Shown here piece by piece: positions 1 to 14,480 of a stretch of 64,000 nt of DNA; position 1 is the stretch's first letter, and every line of letters starts with the position of its first letter. The position numbers and the translations under genes were made by a program. The notes under the pieces were generated by a model. The model was not told where the DNA came from. It saw nothing but the letters and a program-made list of their open reading frames with translations, and did not search any database. This DNA comes from Octopus bimaculoides (Eukaryota): assembly GCF_001194135.2 (NCBI RefSeq), contig NC_068981.1, positions 35,673,757-35,737,756 on the forward strand. Direction: 5' to 3'.

Positions 1-9
1 GTGGAACTG

Positions 10-190
10 AAGCTAGTTGTGTGAAAAGGAACCACAAAAGGATTACAGTTGATATTAAATTTGTTTGAAGAATGTTTGATGTGTTCGAAAAAAATTAGCC
101 ACAATACCAAAGCATTAAAGCTTGTACAGGGAACAATATGTGACAATAAAGAGAAAATTAAGCCAGGTGCTCAAGAATCCCTCAAGTGGA
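10..190 (+). mobile_element. Tigger/pogo-like transposase N-terminal HTH fossil
   Basis: Frameshifted peptides KRNHKRITVDIKF and ISHNTKALKLVQGTICDNKEKIK resemble the Tigger N-terminus (KRKRKVITLEVK...TIRDNKEKIK). The match is degenerate and recalled only. Confidence 0.4.
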
Positions 191-394
191 TGTTGATGAT
201 GAACTATAAGATAGAAGGTTGTTTCTTACACCAGCACCAACCCTCACACAATAATGAACATTTTTAGTCATAAGAACATACCCTATTATGGTATTATAAA
301 TCTTGTTTATTCCCTAAAATATTTCTCTTTAAATGTTTTTAAATGTTCATATCGTTTTGTCATTGTTGTCATCTTTGTCATTGTCATCATCATC

Positions 395-570
395 ATCATT
401 TAACTTCTAATTTCCATGCTGGCATGGATTGGATGGCTTGACAGGAACAGGTAAAGCCAGGGGCTGCAGTAGGTTCCATAATCTGTTTTGGATTGGTTTC
501 TACAGCTTGATGCCAACCACTTTACAAAGAGTACTGGGTACTTTTTATATGGCACCATCATCATTGCTTT
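395..570 (-). mobile_element. RTE-type 3' tail fragment ending in (GAT)n
   Basis: The reverse complement matches the tail of the RTE at 28700-28854 (catccagctgtagaaa...catgccagcatggaaa...gatgatg). Further copies lie at about 6440-6600, 28938-29040, 37640-37720, 46100-46260, 50150-50260, 59170-59260 and 62880-63030. Confidence 0.7.
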
Positions 571-3500
571 TCACATGGTACCATCAGCAGTTCTTTTTTG
601 TGGCACCAGCACCAGTGCTCTTGCACACTGCATATAATTCCTCTTGTGCCTAACTTTTCTCTCAATACATTAGTGCTCTATCACACATGTACACTGATGT
701 TTGCACATCTAGTGGAGCATATTAGCTTCATCCTTCTCCAGTCTTTGCATGTCCTCTGTATTCAGGGCCCATGTCTCACTACCATGTAGCATTGCAGTTT
801 GTACACATGCTTCATAAAATATTCTTTTCACTCAGTGATAGAGAGAGAGACCTTTGGTTTCCAACAGAGGTAAAGGTAAAGTGTATTCAGAAATTGTTTC
901 CATGCATAAAAGAGATTGTGTTACTTGTTTTCTTGTGTTGTTCTAAAATAATCTGAAAGAATACTTTATTACTCTACAACATGAAATCAACGAGAAAATT
1001 AATTTCACATTACAGGATTTCATATTATGTTAAGTTTTTCAGGAATTCATTATTCTCATAATGTGGGTGATTCTTGTACTTAAGCAAAATTGCATGATTA
1101 GAACTCTTGAAATATATTCCTGGAATTAAATATCCCAAAGTATTTTGGCATCAACTTTTGTATGCTATATCAATTCCACTATGCCAATAATTATTTAACA
1201 AGCTCATAGACAGAACAATGGCTTCTGGTTATCTCCCTTTAGATTAATTTTTTTTTTATGTAGGTCACAAATGTCTGTTGTAGGTAATTAGTAGATATTA
1301 GATTGCTTTACTCAATTACAAAATCTCTGTGAACTAATGGTACTGATATTATCAGTAATTGGAGATTGTTGTTGATATTAATTTTGTTATCTGCTCTTAT
1401 ACTGTTCCTGTCTTCACCATCTCCTTACTTGGTTTTCTTAGATGTGAAAATGACTAGAAGTTTCCCTGTTAGTTTAAACAATTAGTCTTGAAATGTGTTT
1501 CTCTAAATTAAACAGAAATTAGTAATTGACTAATAAATATTTTCAATCTTATTTTCCTTTCTTAGCCTCTCTTTCTTCCTTCTCCAACTTCTGTTCTTTT
1601 TCTCTTTCTTCCCTCTTTGACTGAGTTCCTTCTTTTCCAACTCTTCTTTTCTACAGTTTTATTTAATTTTTTTAGTATGTCTCAAGTGTTCACTTTAAAC
1701 AGCTCTTGTAGACAGAATAATTAGTTTTAGCTTTCTTGAGTAGATAAAACAATATATGTATCTCCTCAAAGCCATCTTCATGACCTTAATCATAAATTGT
1801 TAAACCATCTAAGAACTCCTTTCATAATCAGTATAAATGATATTTTAGATGCTGTTGCAACGTTTATTTCCAGTATAATACTATAGGCTGAATAGTTGAG
1901 TTACTGATTATAGAACTATATAATGTGACGAAGGCTTACCTTCCTCTTCAGGAACAGAAAATAGAAACATAGTAAAGACTGTATCATAAAAAAATGACCT
2001 CTCTCTACAGGGATAGAAACTATAACTTCCACAAACAGCTACTAACTCTCTACAAAGCTCAAGCGAGAACCACAAGGAAGTACTCTTCTTATATTTTTGA
2101 TGGTGCACCCGGCCACTTAACTAATTAGCATAAAATCACTCACGAACACACTCTGACCTCTGGTTCATTGACATATTGCCTCCTTTCTTTGCCTTAAGAG
2201 CTGATTATCCTCATGCCATACTTACTTGGTGGTTCCAAGTCACTCCTCTCATCACTTAAGCTCCATAATAACCATTAAACCCATTCTAACTACCCTAAGG
2301 TGTAGGCTCTCAGGGATTTCCTTCATACATATATTTTCTTGAAACTGTTCAAGAGAATTGTTAAGCACATTGATCTCACCAATTGTGGAAGGCCTGTATT
2401 AGTTATGGGCACATTTCTTTCCCCAGAGCAATTTAATAAAAAATAGTGTCTGTTTTAGAGTAATGCATATTATTTTGTTTGAAGTTAACTACATTGCTGG
2501 AAATGAGAGTTATCTAGGTATTGGGAAAACAGCTCTTCCAACAGAACATAAGAATAGTCCAATTTGCCTGACCCATATTTCCAGGGAAAAGTGATGTAAA
2601 AGCAGAGCACTGTGCACTATCACTGATCAGCTGCATGTATTTCAACAGTTACAAAATGATCATGGATCGTTGTATCATTAAAGTATAATATATGAAGACA
2701 AGGGATCAACATTACAACCTCTGGCTCACAGATATAGATTCAGCAATAGATATAGATAGAACAATTTTTGCTCCTCTGAGCTAAATAACTATGCAAATTT
2801 CTCCAAATCCACCAATACATCTGTTTCTTATTCTGTCACTCATGTTGTGTCTCAGCTCCTAGAAAATATAGCAAACACATTAACTAATTCTTTCTCCCAG
2901 AATAGCTACCTTTGTCATGCTTTCATTATACATTTTTTTATGCAAGCTTCAGTCTACTAAGGTCTAAACTGAACAACAACTGTAATAATCTAATTGGAAG
3001 AGGGGTGATTCGCAATATCTATGAGTTCTTCTAACTTCAGAATGACAGAACTGCATTGTGTCTACAATAAAGATATACAGCCCTCAACAGAAGAAACTAT
3101 CTAGATTTAAGCTGGTACCAAAAATGGCACAATTTACTGTTGTAGTACTGAGTACAATTCTTCTGGTGGAAGAAGATACCAGTGTCCTACCTAGACAAAT
3201 ATTTGTTTCTGTATCACTTAATGCTGTCATAGTTAGAGACAAAAACTTGCTCTAAGGAACCTTAAGATTTAAACTTTGCAAATAATAATAAAAATAACAA
3301 AAATAGGAGGGAAAATAAAATTCAAAGTACTCTGCACTTGATTTAATTGTTGAAAAATGGACTGGATTGAAAATATTCAGAAAAATAGGAAATATATTGT
3401 ATATTTCAAATGCTTTTTCAGAAAATGAAAATTGTTCATATTTCTTAATTTTAACACTGAATAACAAATAAATACAACAAGAAAATATAACATCCATTCC

Positions 3501-4574
3501 TTTGGAAAAATAATGAATTAATACAAAGTTATTCTATGATTAACTGCATCTTTAGTATTGCTGAAAAAAAGCATTATGGAAATCAATTTAATGTTGAATT
3601 ATTTTACAGTTAAATCAATTATTGCATATGTAAGTGCACGTATCTATCTATCTATCTATCTATCTACTTGTCTGTCTGTCTGTCTGTCTATTAACACACA
3701 CACACACACACACACATGTATGTATATCAGTCACTAGACACACACATACATATATATGTGAATACTGTTAGCCTTTCTCAAAAGCTTATTTATCATTCAA
3801 ATACTTTTTAAAATTAAACTCATATTGAAGAAGAGCAAAACTAGGACAATATTGCTGACACAGCTTATTCTTTCACTGACAAATACTGATCTGCTATCTG
3901 TTTTCTAAAAGTTCATTTTAACAAGAAATAAACAAGGAAATGAACAAACAAGGAACTTTCATTCTTAAATTCCATTTATAATCCTGCCAAAAGACACTCA
4001 CATAATGTCATTGAAATAGGTTTTTACCATTTTTCTTTTTCTTTTTCTTTTTCTTCTTTCAATCTTCTACCACTACTACAACGTCACTTTCATTTACTAT
4101 ACCTATATATTACTATTTATCTGCTTGGTTTCCATCTTCTTTTAGTCCCAGCTTCCTCTGATGCATATAATCTGCTCTCAGACTTTGATGTCTCAAAGTT
4201 GTCACCCATTTTTCTCTCTGCATTTACACTTGCCTGAACACCCTGCAACTGTGCTAGCTTTCTTCTCTCCCTTCATCTCCTCTATTCCATTTATCCCAAT
4301 CTTTGATTCTGTTTTCATTATTTTTTCACTATATTTTTTTTTGTTTACTTTTTATTTCCCAAGAATATTGGAAATGGATTTTTATCTGAGAAGACAGATC
4401 TACCATAAACTATCTTCCCCTAACCACCCAAAGACCACCAAAATACCCCACATCTTGTTCCATGCTTCATGATTCCCTCTGTCTTCCAATGAATTGTCAC
4501 TGAAGTTAGTAAGGCATTTAAATATTGGGAGAATGAATGAATAAGAGAGGGGGAAAAAGAGAGAGAGAGAAAGT

Positions 4575-4605
<31 letters not shown>

Positions 4606-5716
4606 GGAGATGGCAAAATGAAACAGAACAGAATATTCTAGAACATAGCAAGCTCTGCTATCTGGATGACTGATCACACGTTTACACTGAGCAATTTCTT
4701 TCTCTTCTTCCTATAATTTCTTTTATGCAACTACACATCGAACTTTTGGTATGTGTGTGTATGAGTGTGGTGGTACAACAAAAACAAAATTACTGAATAA
4801 GAAATAAATGAAAAGTAAGATAAAAATATGATGTAACTAACTAAAGATAAAACATCACAACATACAAACAAATGGATTACAACAGATAGCACATCAAGGA
4901 AGGATGTTTTTAGTCCGAATGTTCTGTAAAACAAATTGTTTTTGCATTCCATAAATGTTATAATTTAAGACTGACTTCAGCATAAAAAACAAAACAAACA
5001 ATAATATGACAAAAAATACACAAAATAAACTGGAATGTTAATATTTTTCTTTGAATCTACCCAAAGATTTATGCCTCATCCCCATCTCTTACCTAAGTAT
5101 TTGAAACCTATGCTACTGAACAGGAAAGAAAGAAAATAAAATTAATGATAATAATAATGATAATAATAAAGAAGTGCCCACATAGGTATATACATGCATG
5201 TGCACATATGCATATGTACCCAAATGTTTTTCCATCAGCTTTTTGAGGAGAATTTGTTTTACATTTTCTTAAATATCCAGAAAGTTATGGAATGTGAGCA
5301 CATGTATATGTATGTCTGTGTTGAGAGAGAGAGAGAGAGAGAAACGTAAGTATAAAAAAGGCATGAGTGATAAATACACACACACACACACACGTGTGTT
5401 TCTGTGTGTCTAGTTGTGTGGTTTGTAAATGTATCTATGAATGTGCATGTTGGAATATGTGAGCAGGTGTCTTTCCATGTATATGCACATATATTTGTAT
5501 GGTAATGTGTATGTATGTGCATGTCCTTCTTTAGTGGCATATATTAGTGTATATATTTGTGCAGTTATGAATGTTTCTATGCCTGTTTAAATAACTTTCC
5601 ATATAGTTTAAAAAAAAAAATCTTTGGTGACAATTTATATATATATATATATAACATACCTACATATAAAACATAAAATTATATATATACTCATATGTAT
5701 ATTATATTATATATCA

Positions 5717-5747
<31 letters not shown>

Positions 5748-6160
5748 NNNNNNNNNNNNNNNNNNNNNNNNNNNNNNNNNNNNNNNNNNNNNNNNNNNNN
5801 NNNNNNNNNNNNNNNNNNNNNNNNNNNNNNNNNNNNNNNNNNNNNNNNNNNNNNNNNNNNNNNNNNNNNNNNNNNNNNNNNNNNNNNNNNNNNNNNNNNN
5901 NNNNNNNNNNNNNNNNNNNNNNNNNNNNNNNNNNNNNNNNNNNNNNNNNNNNNNNNNNNNNNNNNNNNNNNNNNNNNNNNNNNNNNNNNNNNNNNNNNNN
6001 NNNNNNNNNNNNNNNNNNNNNNNNNNNNNNNNNNNNNNNNNNNNNNNNNNNNNNNNNNNNNNNNNNNNNNNNNNNNNNNNNNNNNNNNNNNNNNNNNNNN
6101 NNNNNNNNNNNNNNNNNNNNNNNNNNNNNNNNNNNNNNNNNNNNNNNNNNNNNNNNNNNN
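5748..6160. other. Assembly gap. Others: 13370-13473, 18240-18539, 26373-26596, 30828-31103, 44833-44894, 60287-60346, 60723-60732
   Basis: Runs of N, almost all flanked by microsatellites. Confidence 1.
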
Positions 6161-7081
6161 ATATAAATACTTGGTTTCTATTAACCCATTTATTCTATCC
6201 GAATTATTATTTATTAGGATAGAATAAATACATATAATTATATATATATATATATATATATTTACATGTATGTTTACACACACACATATGTGTATGTATT
6301 AAAAGATCACCTCTCACTTGTACATTTCAGTTGTATCTTCACTCCAATGACCAGATACCCATTCTAACACCACTTTATAGACTATAAAGGGTTCATTTTA
6401 TTGTGGTAACAGCACTAGAAATGATGATGGTGAGAGCGTAATGAATATATTGTCATTAAACTTCTAATTTTCCATGACAGTATAGGTTGGACAGAGGGTT
6501 GTATTGAGCTCCAGTATCTGCTTTGGTATGGTTTCTACGGCTGGATGTCCTTTCTATCACCAACCACTTTACAGAGTGTTTTGGGTGCATTTTACTTGCA
6601 AAACGAAACCCCTCAACTGAATGGCATGTTGTACTGAAGGATGCAAGTATAGTAGAGGAACATGAACTGATGTCTTACTGAAGAGGTGAATGCATAGCTT
6701 TCTCCACTGGAAAGTGAGTAAGAAAGAGAAAGAGACAGTAAGATGGTGAGAGTGTAGCCTCAAGGTTCTAAGTGAATGTGTGGGAGAGAATAGGGATAGA
6801 GGAACAGAAAAGGTAGGCGGGTAGGCAAGTGTAATGGAGTGTGACAGATAATTAGAGATGGGGATTGAGATGGACATTATAAATATCAGTTTAGGGGAAG
6901 AGAAGTATAGGAAATAAAAGTAGGACAAGGATGCAGAGGAAGTGAAAGGAACTGTAAAATAGTAGGAATACAATGTGAAGTGTAAGGGGTAGTATATGTA
7001 TATTATATAATATTTATTATACATATCATAATATTACACTGTCTAACCCATGCCTGCATGGAAAACACATGTCAAAAGATG

Positions 7082-7127
<46 letters not shown>

Positions 7128-9494
7128 AATATAAATAACATATAAATATATGCATATATGTACATAGCTACATATATTGTATATATACATGCATATATGG
7201 GTACAGGACATCAAAACAACGTAGAAAGAATGAGAAACGAGAACATGAAAACAAAAACATAGAAAACGAACTTTTATATATCTATATTGAAGGAATAAAT
7301 TTTTCTTTTACTGTTTTCACCCTCGGCATTTTTTTTTTTTTTACTCAACATGACATAAAATGTATTAATGTCGTTGTTTCATATTTATTCTCCTCTTCTA
7401 GCCCTTTTTGTCATTTCTCTTATTCAGTCTTCTCTCATTTTTCTCTTTACAACTGTCTCTTATCCTCATTCTCTTACTTGTGTCTTTTTTGTTTCTCTCT
7501 TTCTATCCCTCCTCCCTTATATCCTTAATACTTAAAATTTCATCCATGTTTATGTTATAATGATCAGAAAACTATTTTATTTGACAAGTTTATGTTTTTA
7601 CTATTATCCTGTTGTTTGCCCCATATTTTATTGTTACATGTCCCTCATATTGTTGTCAAAAGATGGAAAAACTTGCCACTTAGTATTGCCTTAATATTGG
7701 TTTACACCATAATACTTCCAATTGCTTATAGTGGTTCAATTATATAGAGTTCTACATATAAGGAAGAGTTAACTTCTTTTCTTCCTTCAGTGCTTCTATT
7801 CTTTTCTCCCTCACTGTGACCATTATTATTACTATCATTTTCATAACTTGCTGTTATCATCAACATTAATATTGCTGTTGTTGTAGATGTCATAGTTGCT
7901 ATCATAGTTACTATCATTGTCAACATCATAGACATAGTTGTTGTTAATGAAGAAATAGTAACTTCTGTCATCTTCAACACAAAAGCTAGCGTAAACATCA
8001 TAGTTAATGTTGTTGCAATAGTTAACATTATTGTTGTTGTTTTTGCGTTTTTGTCAATGTCATAGTTACTATGATTGAAGTCATAGTTACTTCTGTTGTT
8101 GTAGTTACTTCCAATGTCAGAGTTGTGGTTAGTGTCATAATTACTGCTGTTGTTACTGTCATCGTTATTGTAACGGCTGTTGTTATAATTGTTGTCTGCA
8201 TAGTTGCCATTGTCATAGCTGATAGTTGCTGCCAATATTGAGACTGTTATTGTTGTTATAGTCACTGACTACATCGTGATAACTAATATCAACTGCCTCA
8301 TTACCATCGGCATCACCATCAACATTCTCAATATTCTCATAATCATGACATCATTATCATTATAATGTTTCCCCACTCCTCCTTGCTCACAGGGGTTATA
8401 TATGTCTACTTAAGATTATGTTTCTTTTGACCTTTTATCCTGTGCCACCTCAAACTGAAGATGTATCATTTCAATAGCTAACCTAATCTAAATCTCTAAT
8501 TCCCAAGAGTTACTCAGCCAACCTCTGTTTTTCTATCTTGTACCACAATGCTGTTGTTTCAAAACAGGCTTTCACATGAGAAACTCACCATCATATAACA
8601 TGGTATATTCAAATATCTCTCTTGCATGGAACAACTGTGTCTCTAATAGTCATGTATTTCTTCAACCAACTTTTAACCCACATTTTGACGATAGAGATAA
8701 AATAGCTCATTGAATATAGTTCAGAATAACAGCTCATCTGCCCTGAGTTTAAATCCACTGTAGTGTTTTATTTATTGTCTCTTCTTTGCTGTTTCTTTTA
8801 TAAGTTTTACTCATAGGCTTGTGGCCATGCTGGGGCATCACCTTCAACGGTTTCAGTTGATTATATTGACTCAAGTTCATTGCTTGGGTCTTGATTTATT
8901 CTCATTTTCAAAGAAGACATTGGTACATGGAAAGCTGACTTAACTAAACATAAATAATGGAGGGGATTTCTGTTTGAGTGGTTGTTTCTCACCACACATT
9001 AATATAAGCATACAACCACACACATATACATACACATACCATCAACCTCATGGTTGTTTTTATGTCTACTTTTTCCATGCTGGAATTGGTTGGATGAGAC
9101 TTTATTGAGGCAGTACTCTATGCCCAGATACTCTTCCTGTCACCAACTCCTGTTTCCAAGCAAGGTACTTATTTTCTTGGTATTCTGCATGATGAACTTC
9201 TCAATGGCTGGATATATTTAATGTCAAGATGTAAGCAGTAACACTACCCAAGTGACAGTGACATTGTTTTAAGCTCTACGTGTGTAAACAATGTCAAGAT
9301 AAAGATAGGAAGACATACATATATGTCTGTCTGTTCACACAACAAGCTTCTGTGAACTTCCATCAACCAATTATATTTTAAAGGCATTATCAGCCCAAGG
9401 CTATTGTAAATGATTTTCACCAACAGTACCACATGATTGTGAAGCAAACTTTTTAACCACACAATTATGCCTGCACCTATCATATACACACATG

Positions 9495-9533
<39 letters not shown>

Positions 9534-10529
9534 ATGTATGTATGTATGTATGTATGTATGTATGTATGTATGTATGTATGTATGTATGTATGTATGATGG
9601 TGTTCTGTACATTTGCACTCACAAAGTATTCGTCAAGTCAAAGCTACAACAGAAAATAGGAGACTCAAAGTGGCATGCAATGAAATTGGTCCCAGAACCA
9701 AGCTGTTTGCAAAGTGAGTTTCTAAACCCCATAGCCATGCCTGGTCAGAGAAAAGAATTCGCATGTCTCAGTTCATGAAGCACATTATCTGATGGAAGAT
9801 ATTGGCATCAGTTCTGTCTCTGCTTAGATTTCACTGTTGTTGTTGTTGTTGTCATCACCACCACCACCATGATGGTCACCACTACCACTACTGCTACAAC
9901 AAATATCACAACATTCAACGGTTTACTCATAGTTATGGTACATTAATTTCTGTTCATTTAAAGCTGATTACAATAAGTTACTTTAATATTATCTATTTAC
10001 GAGCTGCGTTCATTATATCCTCTCACAACCACTGTACATATGTTTTACTTGATTCAGTCATTAAACTGTGGCCATGCTGGAGCACTGCCTTGAAGAATTT
10101 AAGTAGTTATTTTTTTGAGCCTGGTACTTTCTGTAACAGTCTCTTTTGCTAAGCTGTTAAGTTACATGGGATGTAAGCATACCGATACTGGTTGTCAAGT
10201 GGTGATGAGGGACCCAGATTTCCTTACACCTTAAATTGACTAAAGTATGAAGGGAAAAAAGTGTAAAATATTGATCTTCTTTTATATTTTCTGTTCTTTT
10301 TCAAGCAGTGCCTTGATATAATATGGTTATTGAAATCAGAACTCCAAAAGAAATAATACCAGAGATATACTAAAGGTTTGAAGCAAATAATTATACTCTC
10401 TCCTTAAATTTTTTGGTCTTATCCCATTACAAGAAATCAATGCTTTTTCAGTCTGTGGGGGTGGGGAGTGACAGAGAAAGTGTGTGTGTGTGAGAGAGAG
10501 AGAGAGAGTGAGAGAGAGAGAGAGAGAGT

Positions 10530-10567
<38 letters not shown>

Positions 10568-10757
10568 ATTAATGAACATTTGTATTGCTTAAAAATAACA
10601 CAAATAAGAGAAACAAAATAAAATTGAAATAATTGGACAAAAATATAGAAAATTGAAGAAAACAAATTAAACAGCTTTAAAAAATTAAAATCATCACCAT
10701 TTTTAAATGAAAGAGATGGAAAGAGGGAGAGAGAGTGTAGTGACTCTTGTTTTTAGC

Positions 10758-10799
10758 TTCTCTCATGAGGAACTGTGTGTTCCCAAACCACAGTTAGAA
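10758..10799 (+). ncRNA. Degenerate type I hammerhead ribozyme motif (Penelope-like terminal repeat relic)
   Basis: Sequence is TTCT-CTCATGA-GGAAC-tgtgt-GTTCC-CAAAC-caca-GTT-AGAA. Stem I is TTCT/AGAA and stem II is GGAAC/GTTCC. The core deviates at G5 and G12. Confidence 0.5.
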
Positions 10800-12932
10800 A
10801 AGTTGTTTTCTCGACATATTTACAGATTTTTAATAAATTTCATTTTGTCTTGATGTGATTTTATTTCCTGCATTGAATGAGAAATTGTTGTACACAGCAA
10901 ATATGTCCAGTTATGTAGCAGTCTTTACATTCTCTCATCAGAATTGTTTAACAGACAATTGCTTTTTAATTAAAAAAAATGTTAGAAAGAAAGATGAAAT
11001 AAATTTTTAGAAACTGGAAAGAAATACTAAAACATGGCAACTTTTGAATTATCGAAAGATAAATTTAATGAAATATTTCTGCTTCTTTTTTTCTATCTTT
11101 CCTTCTTTAAAAATTCTGTTAGACTGCTTTGACATTGTATTAATCTAAATAATGTTTTGTAACTTAATAATAAATGTGGCCCACCTTTATAATGACTCTT
11201 ACATCTGCTTGGGGACCCCCACTACCAAAAAACAAAAAAACAAAAAACAAACAAAAACAAAGACAAAACAAAACACAGACACACACACACACAAACCAAC
11301 AAACCCCACCAAAGAATTTAAATTCAACAGAAGTATTAAATAAATATTGGTTTGATAAAAATAAAAATATCAAAGCAGAGAACTAAACAAAAAGGAAGGA
11401 AAAAAGAAGCAAGATAAAAATGTTTAAACGGAAGTCATTCATTTGAAGTAAAACTCGATAAAAGATATTGTAAGGAGTGAAGCAATTTATGATTGGATGA
11501 CAAATGGCTCTCGTGTTGCTCACAATAGACTGGCTGGCTTGTTTATTGGTTGAATAGTTAGATGAAGGGTGGGTATGACTGATAAAGTTTCAGTAGTGTC
11601 TGGTGAGTGACTCACACATGATTGTACAGATAATAACAATAAGAACAAACTGCAGGAATTAAGTTTAAGGAATGTTGAATAAGTTTTGAGGAAGAATATA
11701 GCTAAGAGGGAAGGACTAAATGGAGTTGTGGCTAGTGTGAAATATTTTGAGAGAAGAAGAGAGAAAAAGAAGGTAGTTGAATTATTGAATCTATGAGAAG
11801 GATGCAGAGAGATACAAGGTATATGAGAGCACAAGACAAAGGCAATGAAGAAAGAGTCATGTACAAAAACCAGGTTAACAATGGTTGAAGAGATTGGGAT
11901 GTGAAATTTGTTTCTTATATTGACATACTTAATGACTATAAACAGCTAGCTGCACCAGTTTGTGACACTTCTTTAGATTCCAAATAGAAAAAGAACAGCT
12001 CTTTGTATTTTGGGTGCTTTATTAGACAGACAATTGGTCAAACTGCCGAGAAGACCAGCAAAAGCTGTTGGGAAATATTTGTAGCTTCGAATGATGCAGA
12101 TTTCACTGAAAATCTAAAAGAACTGCCTATGTACTTGTCCTACTCTACCATCACTTTCAGTTTACTACAACAACCTACAACAACAACATCAATAACAACA
12201 ACAATTACTGACATCCTTCTTTGTTACACCTCATCATTTCTACTATTATCCTGATTTTCTGTATTACCACCACCACAATCCCTATCAGTCCTAACAAACA
12301 AAATCTTTACAACCAGTGCCATTAGCATCCCTACCATAACAACTACTACCATCACTATCTCGGCTCTTAAAGCATTACTCAAATCGTAGAATATATTAGA
12401 TGGACGTTTTATTGCCAGAGGTGGTTTGCTGATAGATAAAGGCTGCAAATACCATTTCTATATGAATTCATTTTTCTTTCCAATTTTCCAATACCCACCT
12501 ACTCTGTTTCCAGTATGAATAAATGCTTTACACTAAATTTTGTTGATGCATTGTTTTGGTATTCTTGAAACCATGGCTACATCTTCAGTTATGTCAATTG
12601 TAATTCTGTTGGTGATATCTGTAGATGTCTATGGAGTGAAGGCAGAGTTATATATATTCTTTTACTGATTCCATTTTGAACACAGACTGCAGCCACATTG
12701 GGGCACCACCTTTAAGGATTATAATTAGTCATCTTAAACCTAGTACTTATTACAATCAAACACATTGTTTTATCAATCTTTATTTATCAAAATGATACAT
12801 TACAGGACATAAAGAGGCACAACATGAATAATCATGGAGCACACTCATGCCTGTAATTTCTCAGACATCAGATGTCTATCTACCTATATACTAGGAAATG
12901 GATGTGTGGCATTCAATTAAATAATAATAATA

Positions 12933-12973
<41 letters not shown>

Positions 12974-13124
12974 TGTATGGGTACAGGATGTCACCAACTG
13001 TGCAAACAACACGAAATACGTAAAACAGGACAGGTAAACACAAAGAAAGGACCCTTCATCAGTTGTCAGCTGTTTATCTACTCCTCATTTTGAGCATTCA
13101 ATGTCATATGTATATACTCCTTAC

Positions 13125-13655
13125 TCTTTTACTTGTTTCAGTCATTTGACTGTGGCCATGCTGGAGCACCGCCTTTAGTCGAGCAAATCGACCCCAGGAC
13201 TTATTCTTTGGAAGCCTAGTACTTATTCTATCGGTCTCTTTTGCCGAACCGCTAAGTTATAGGGATGTAAACACACCAGCATCGGTTGTCAAGCGATGTT
13301 GGGGGGGGGGGTACAAACATATACACACACATATATATACACAACATATACACACACATATATATACACNNNNNNNNNNNNNNNNNNNNNNNNNNNNNNN
13401 NNNNNNNNNNNNNNNNNNNNNNNNNNNNNNNNNNNNNNNNNNNNNNNNNNNNNNNNNNNNNNNNNNNNNNNNNGATGTTGGGGGGGGGGGTACAAACATA
13501 TACACACACATATATATACACAACATATACACACACATATATATACACATATATACGACGGGCTTCTTTCAGTTTTCCGTCTACCAAATCCACTCACAAG
13601 ACTTTGGTCGGCCCGAGACTATAGTAGAAGACACTTGCCCAAGGTGCCACACAGT
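13125..13655 (-). mobile_element. Young tRNA-derived SINE with internal microsatellite, split by an N-gap
   Basis: It aligns by eye with the complete copy at 56355-56765 and keeps many CpGs (gagcaccgcc, gtcgagcaaatcgacc, gccgaaccgc). A second, older copy follows at about 13675-13945. Confidence 0.8.
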
Positions 13656-13989
13656 GGGACTATATATATATATTCTTTTATTTGTTTCAGTCATTTGACT
13701 GCAGCCATGCTGGAGCATAGCCTTTAGTTGAACAAATCGACCCCAGCACCTATTCTTTGTAAGCTTAGTACTTACTCTATCAGTCTCTTTTGCCAAACAG
13801 CTACATTACAGGGACATAAACACACCAACGTTGGTTGTCAAGCAATGGTGGGGGGGACAAACACAGACACACAAATACATTCATGTGGTTGGGAAGCAAG
13901 CTTCTTACCACACTGTTTTCAATCTTCGGACTGTAGACATGCTAGGACATGCCTATATGTGTATGTGCATGTGTTCCTACTTTAGTTTC

Positions 13990-14480
13990 CTCTCTTGTAA
14001 ATGTTCCTTGACATTTCTTTTGCCGGAGGGTGGTGTTGTTATACATATAGTGATTGAGACTGTGTCAATTGGAGTTTGTTGTGGCAAAAACAATACTCCT
14101 CATACATCTCAGTTGATTTTCATTTGTGGTATTTATATTTCATCATACAACTGGTCTGTGACTATGATCTGTTTGCAACAATCAGTGATGATGTGAAGTG
14201 TGCTATTTTGTGCTCCTTAAACGAGTGTTATTGAGAAATTAGGAGAGGGGATCCAATATGTTCGTTGAACCATAGTGTTGTTTTTCTTTGTGTTTACTTA
14301 TGTGGTACTTGCAATTACTGTAGATGTATTTGTGCTTGTGTTTTGGTTTCTTCATTATATTTTTCTCTGTGTGCTGTGAATAATGCAGCAGTTTGGTAAA
14401 TAATTCCTAGTATTTTTGTTTTCTATATGCAAGTGGTATGCTTATATTAAGTCGGCTGCATTTGATTTTCTTTGGTGTTG
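13990..14480 (-). mobile_element. Degenerate LINE (I/Jockey-group-like) RT C-terminal region
   Basis: Minus-strand peptides KILGIIYQTAALFTAHREKYNEETK and AQNSTLHIITDC resemble the post-RT motifs K.LG...D..L.F..H and Q..QN.ALR.ITGC. Stops and frameshifts are present. Confidence 0.5.

Noticed and set aside
5624-6283. Long ORFs over N-gaps and (TA)n/(CA)n tracts, here and at 13252, 17422, 18122, 29599, 30664, 44493, 47057 and 60099
   Set aside because: They are artefacts of N runs and dinucleotide repeats lacking stop codons.
6318-6381. Candidate minus-strand exon YKVVLEWVSGHWSEDTTEMY
   Set aside because: The acceptor is only moderate, there is no convincing FN3/Ig match, and no chain of exons links it.
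7726-8340. 179-aa Thr/Met/Asn-rich ORF
   Set aside because: It is a degenerate trinucleotide-type low-complexity repeat that is open in several frames, with no splice or domain support.
9623-9643. Apparent 21-nt minus-strand microexon (ttttctgttgtag|...|gtgagt, FDLTNT)
   Set aside because: It lies inside a decayed SINE (cactcacaa...gctata...agaa segment), and the intervening exons needed to connect it were not found.
11600-12130. Possible LINE RT fossil (CILGALLDRQL); similar weak hint at 2540-2700
   Set aside because: The motifs are too degraded to support a call.
12975-13110. CTGATGAAGG (minus strand; similar CTGAAGAAGG at about 18938, plus strand) as a hammerhead
   Set aside because: There is no downstream stem II-GAAA, and a permuted type II fold does not pair. 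It is treated as a repeat-end fragment.
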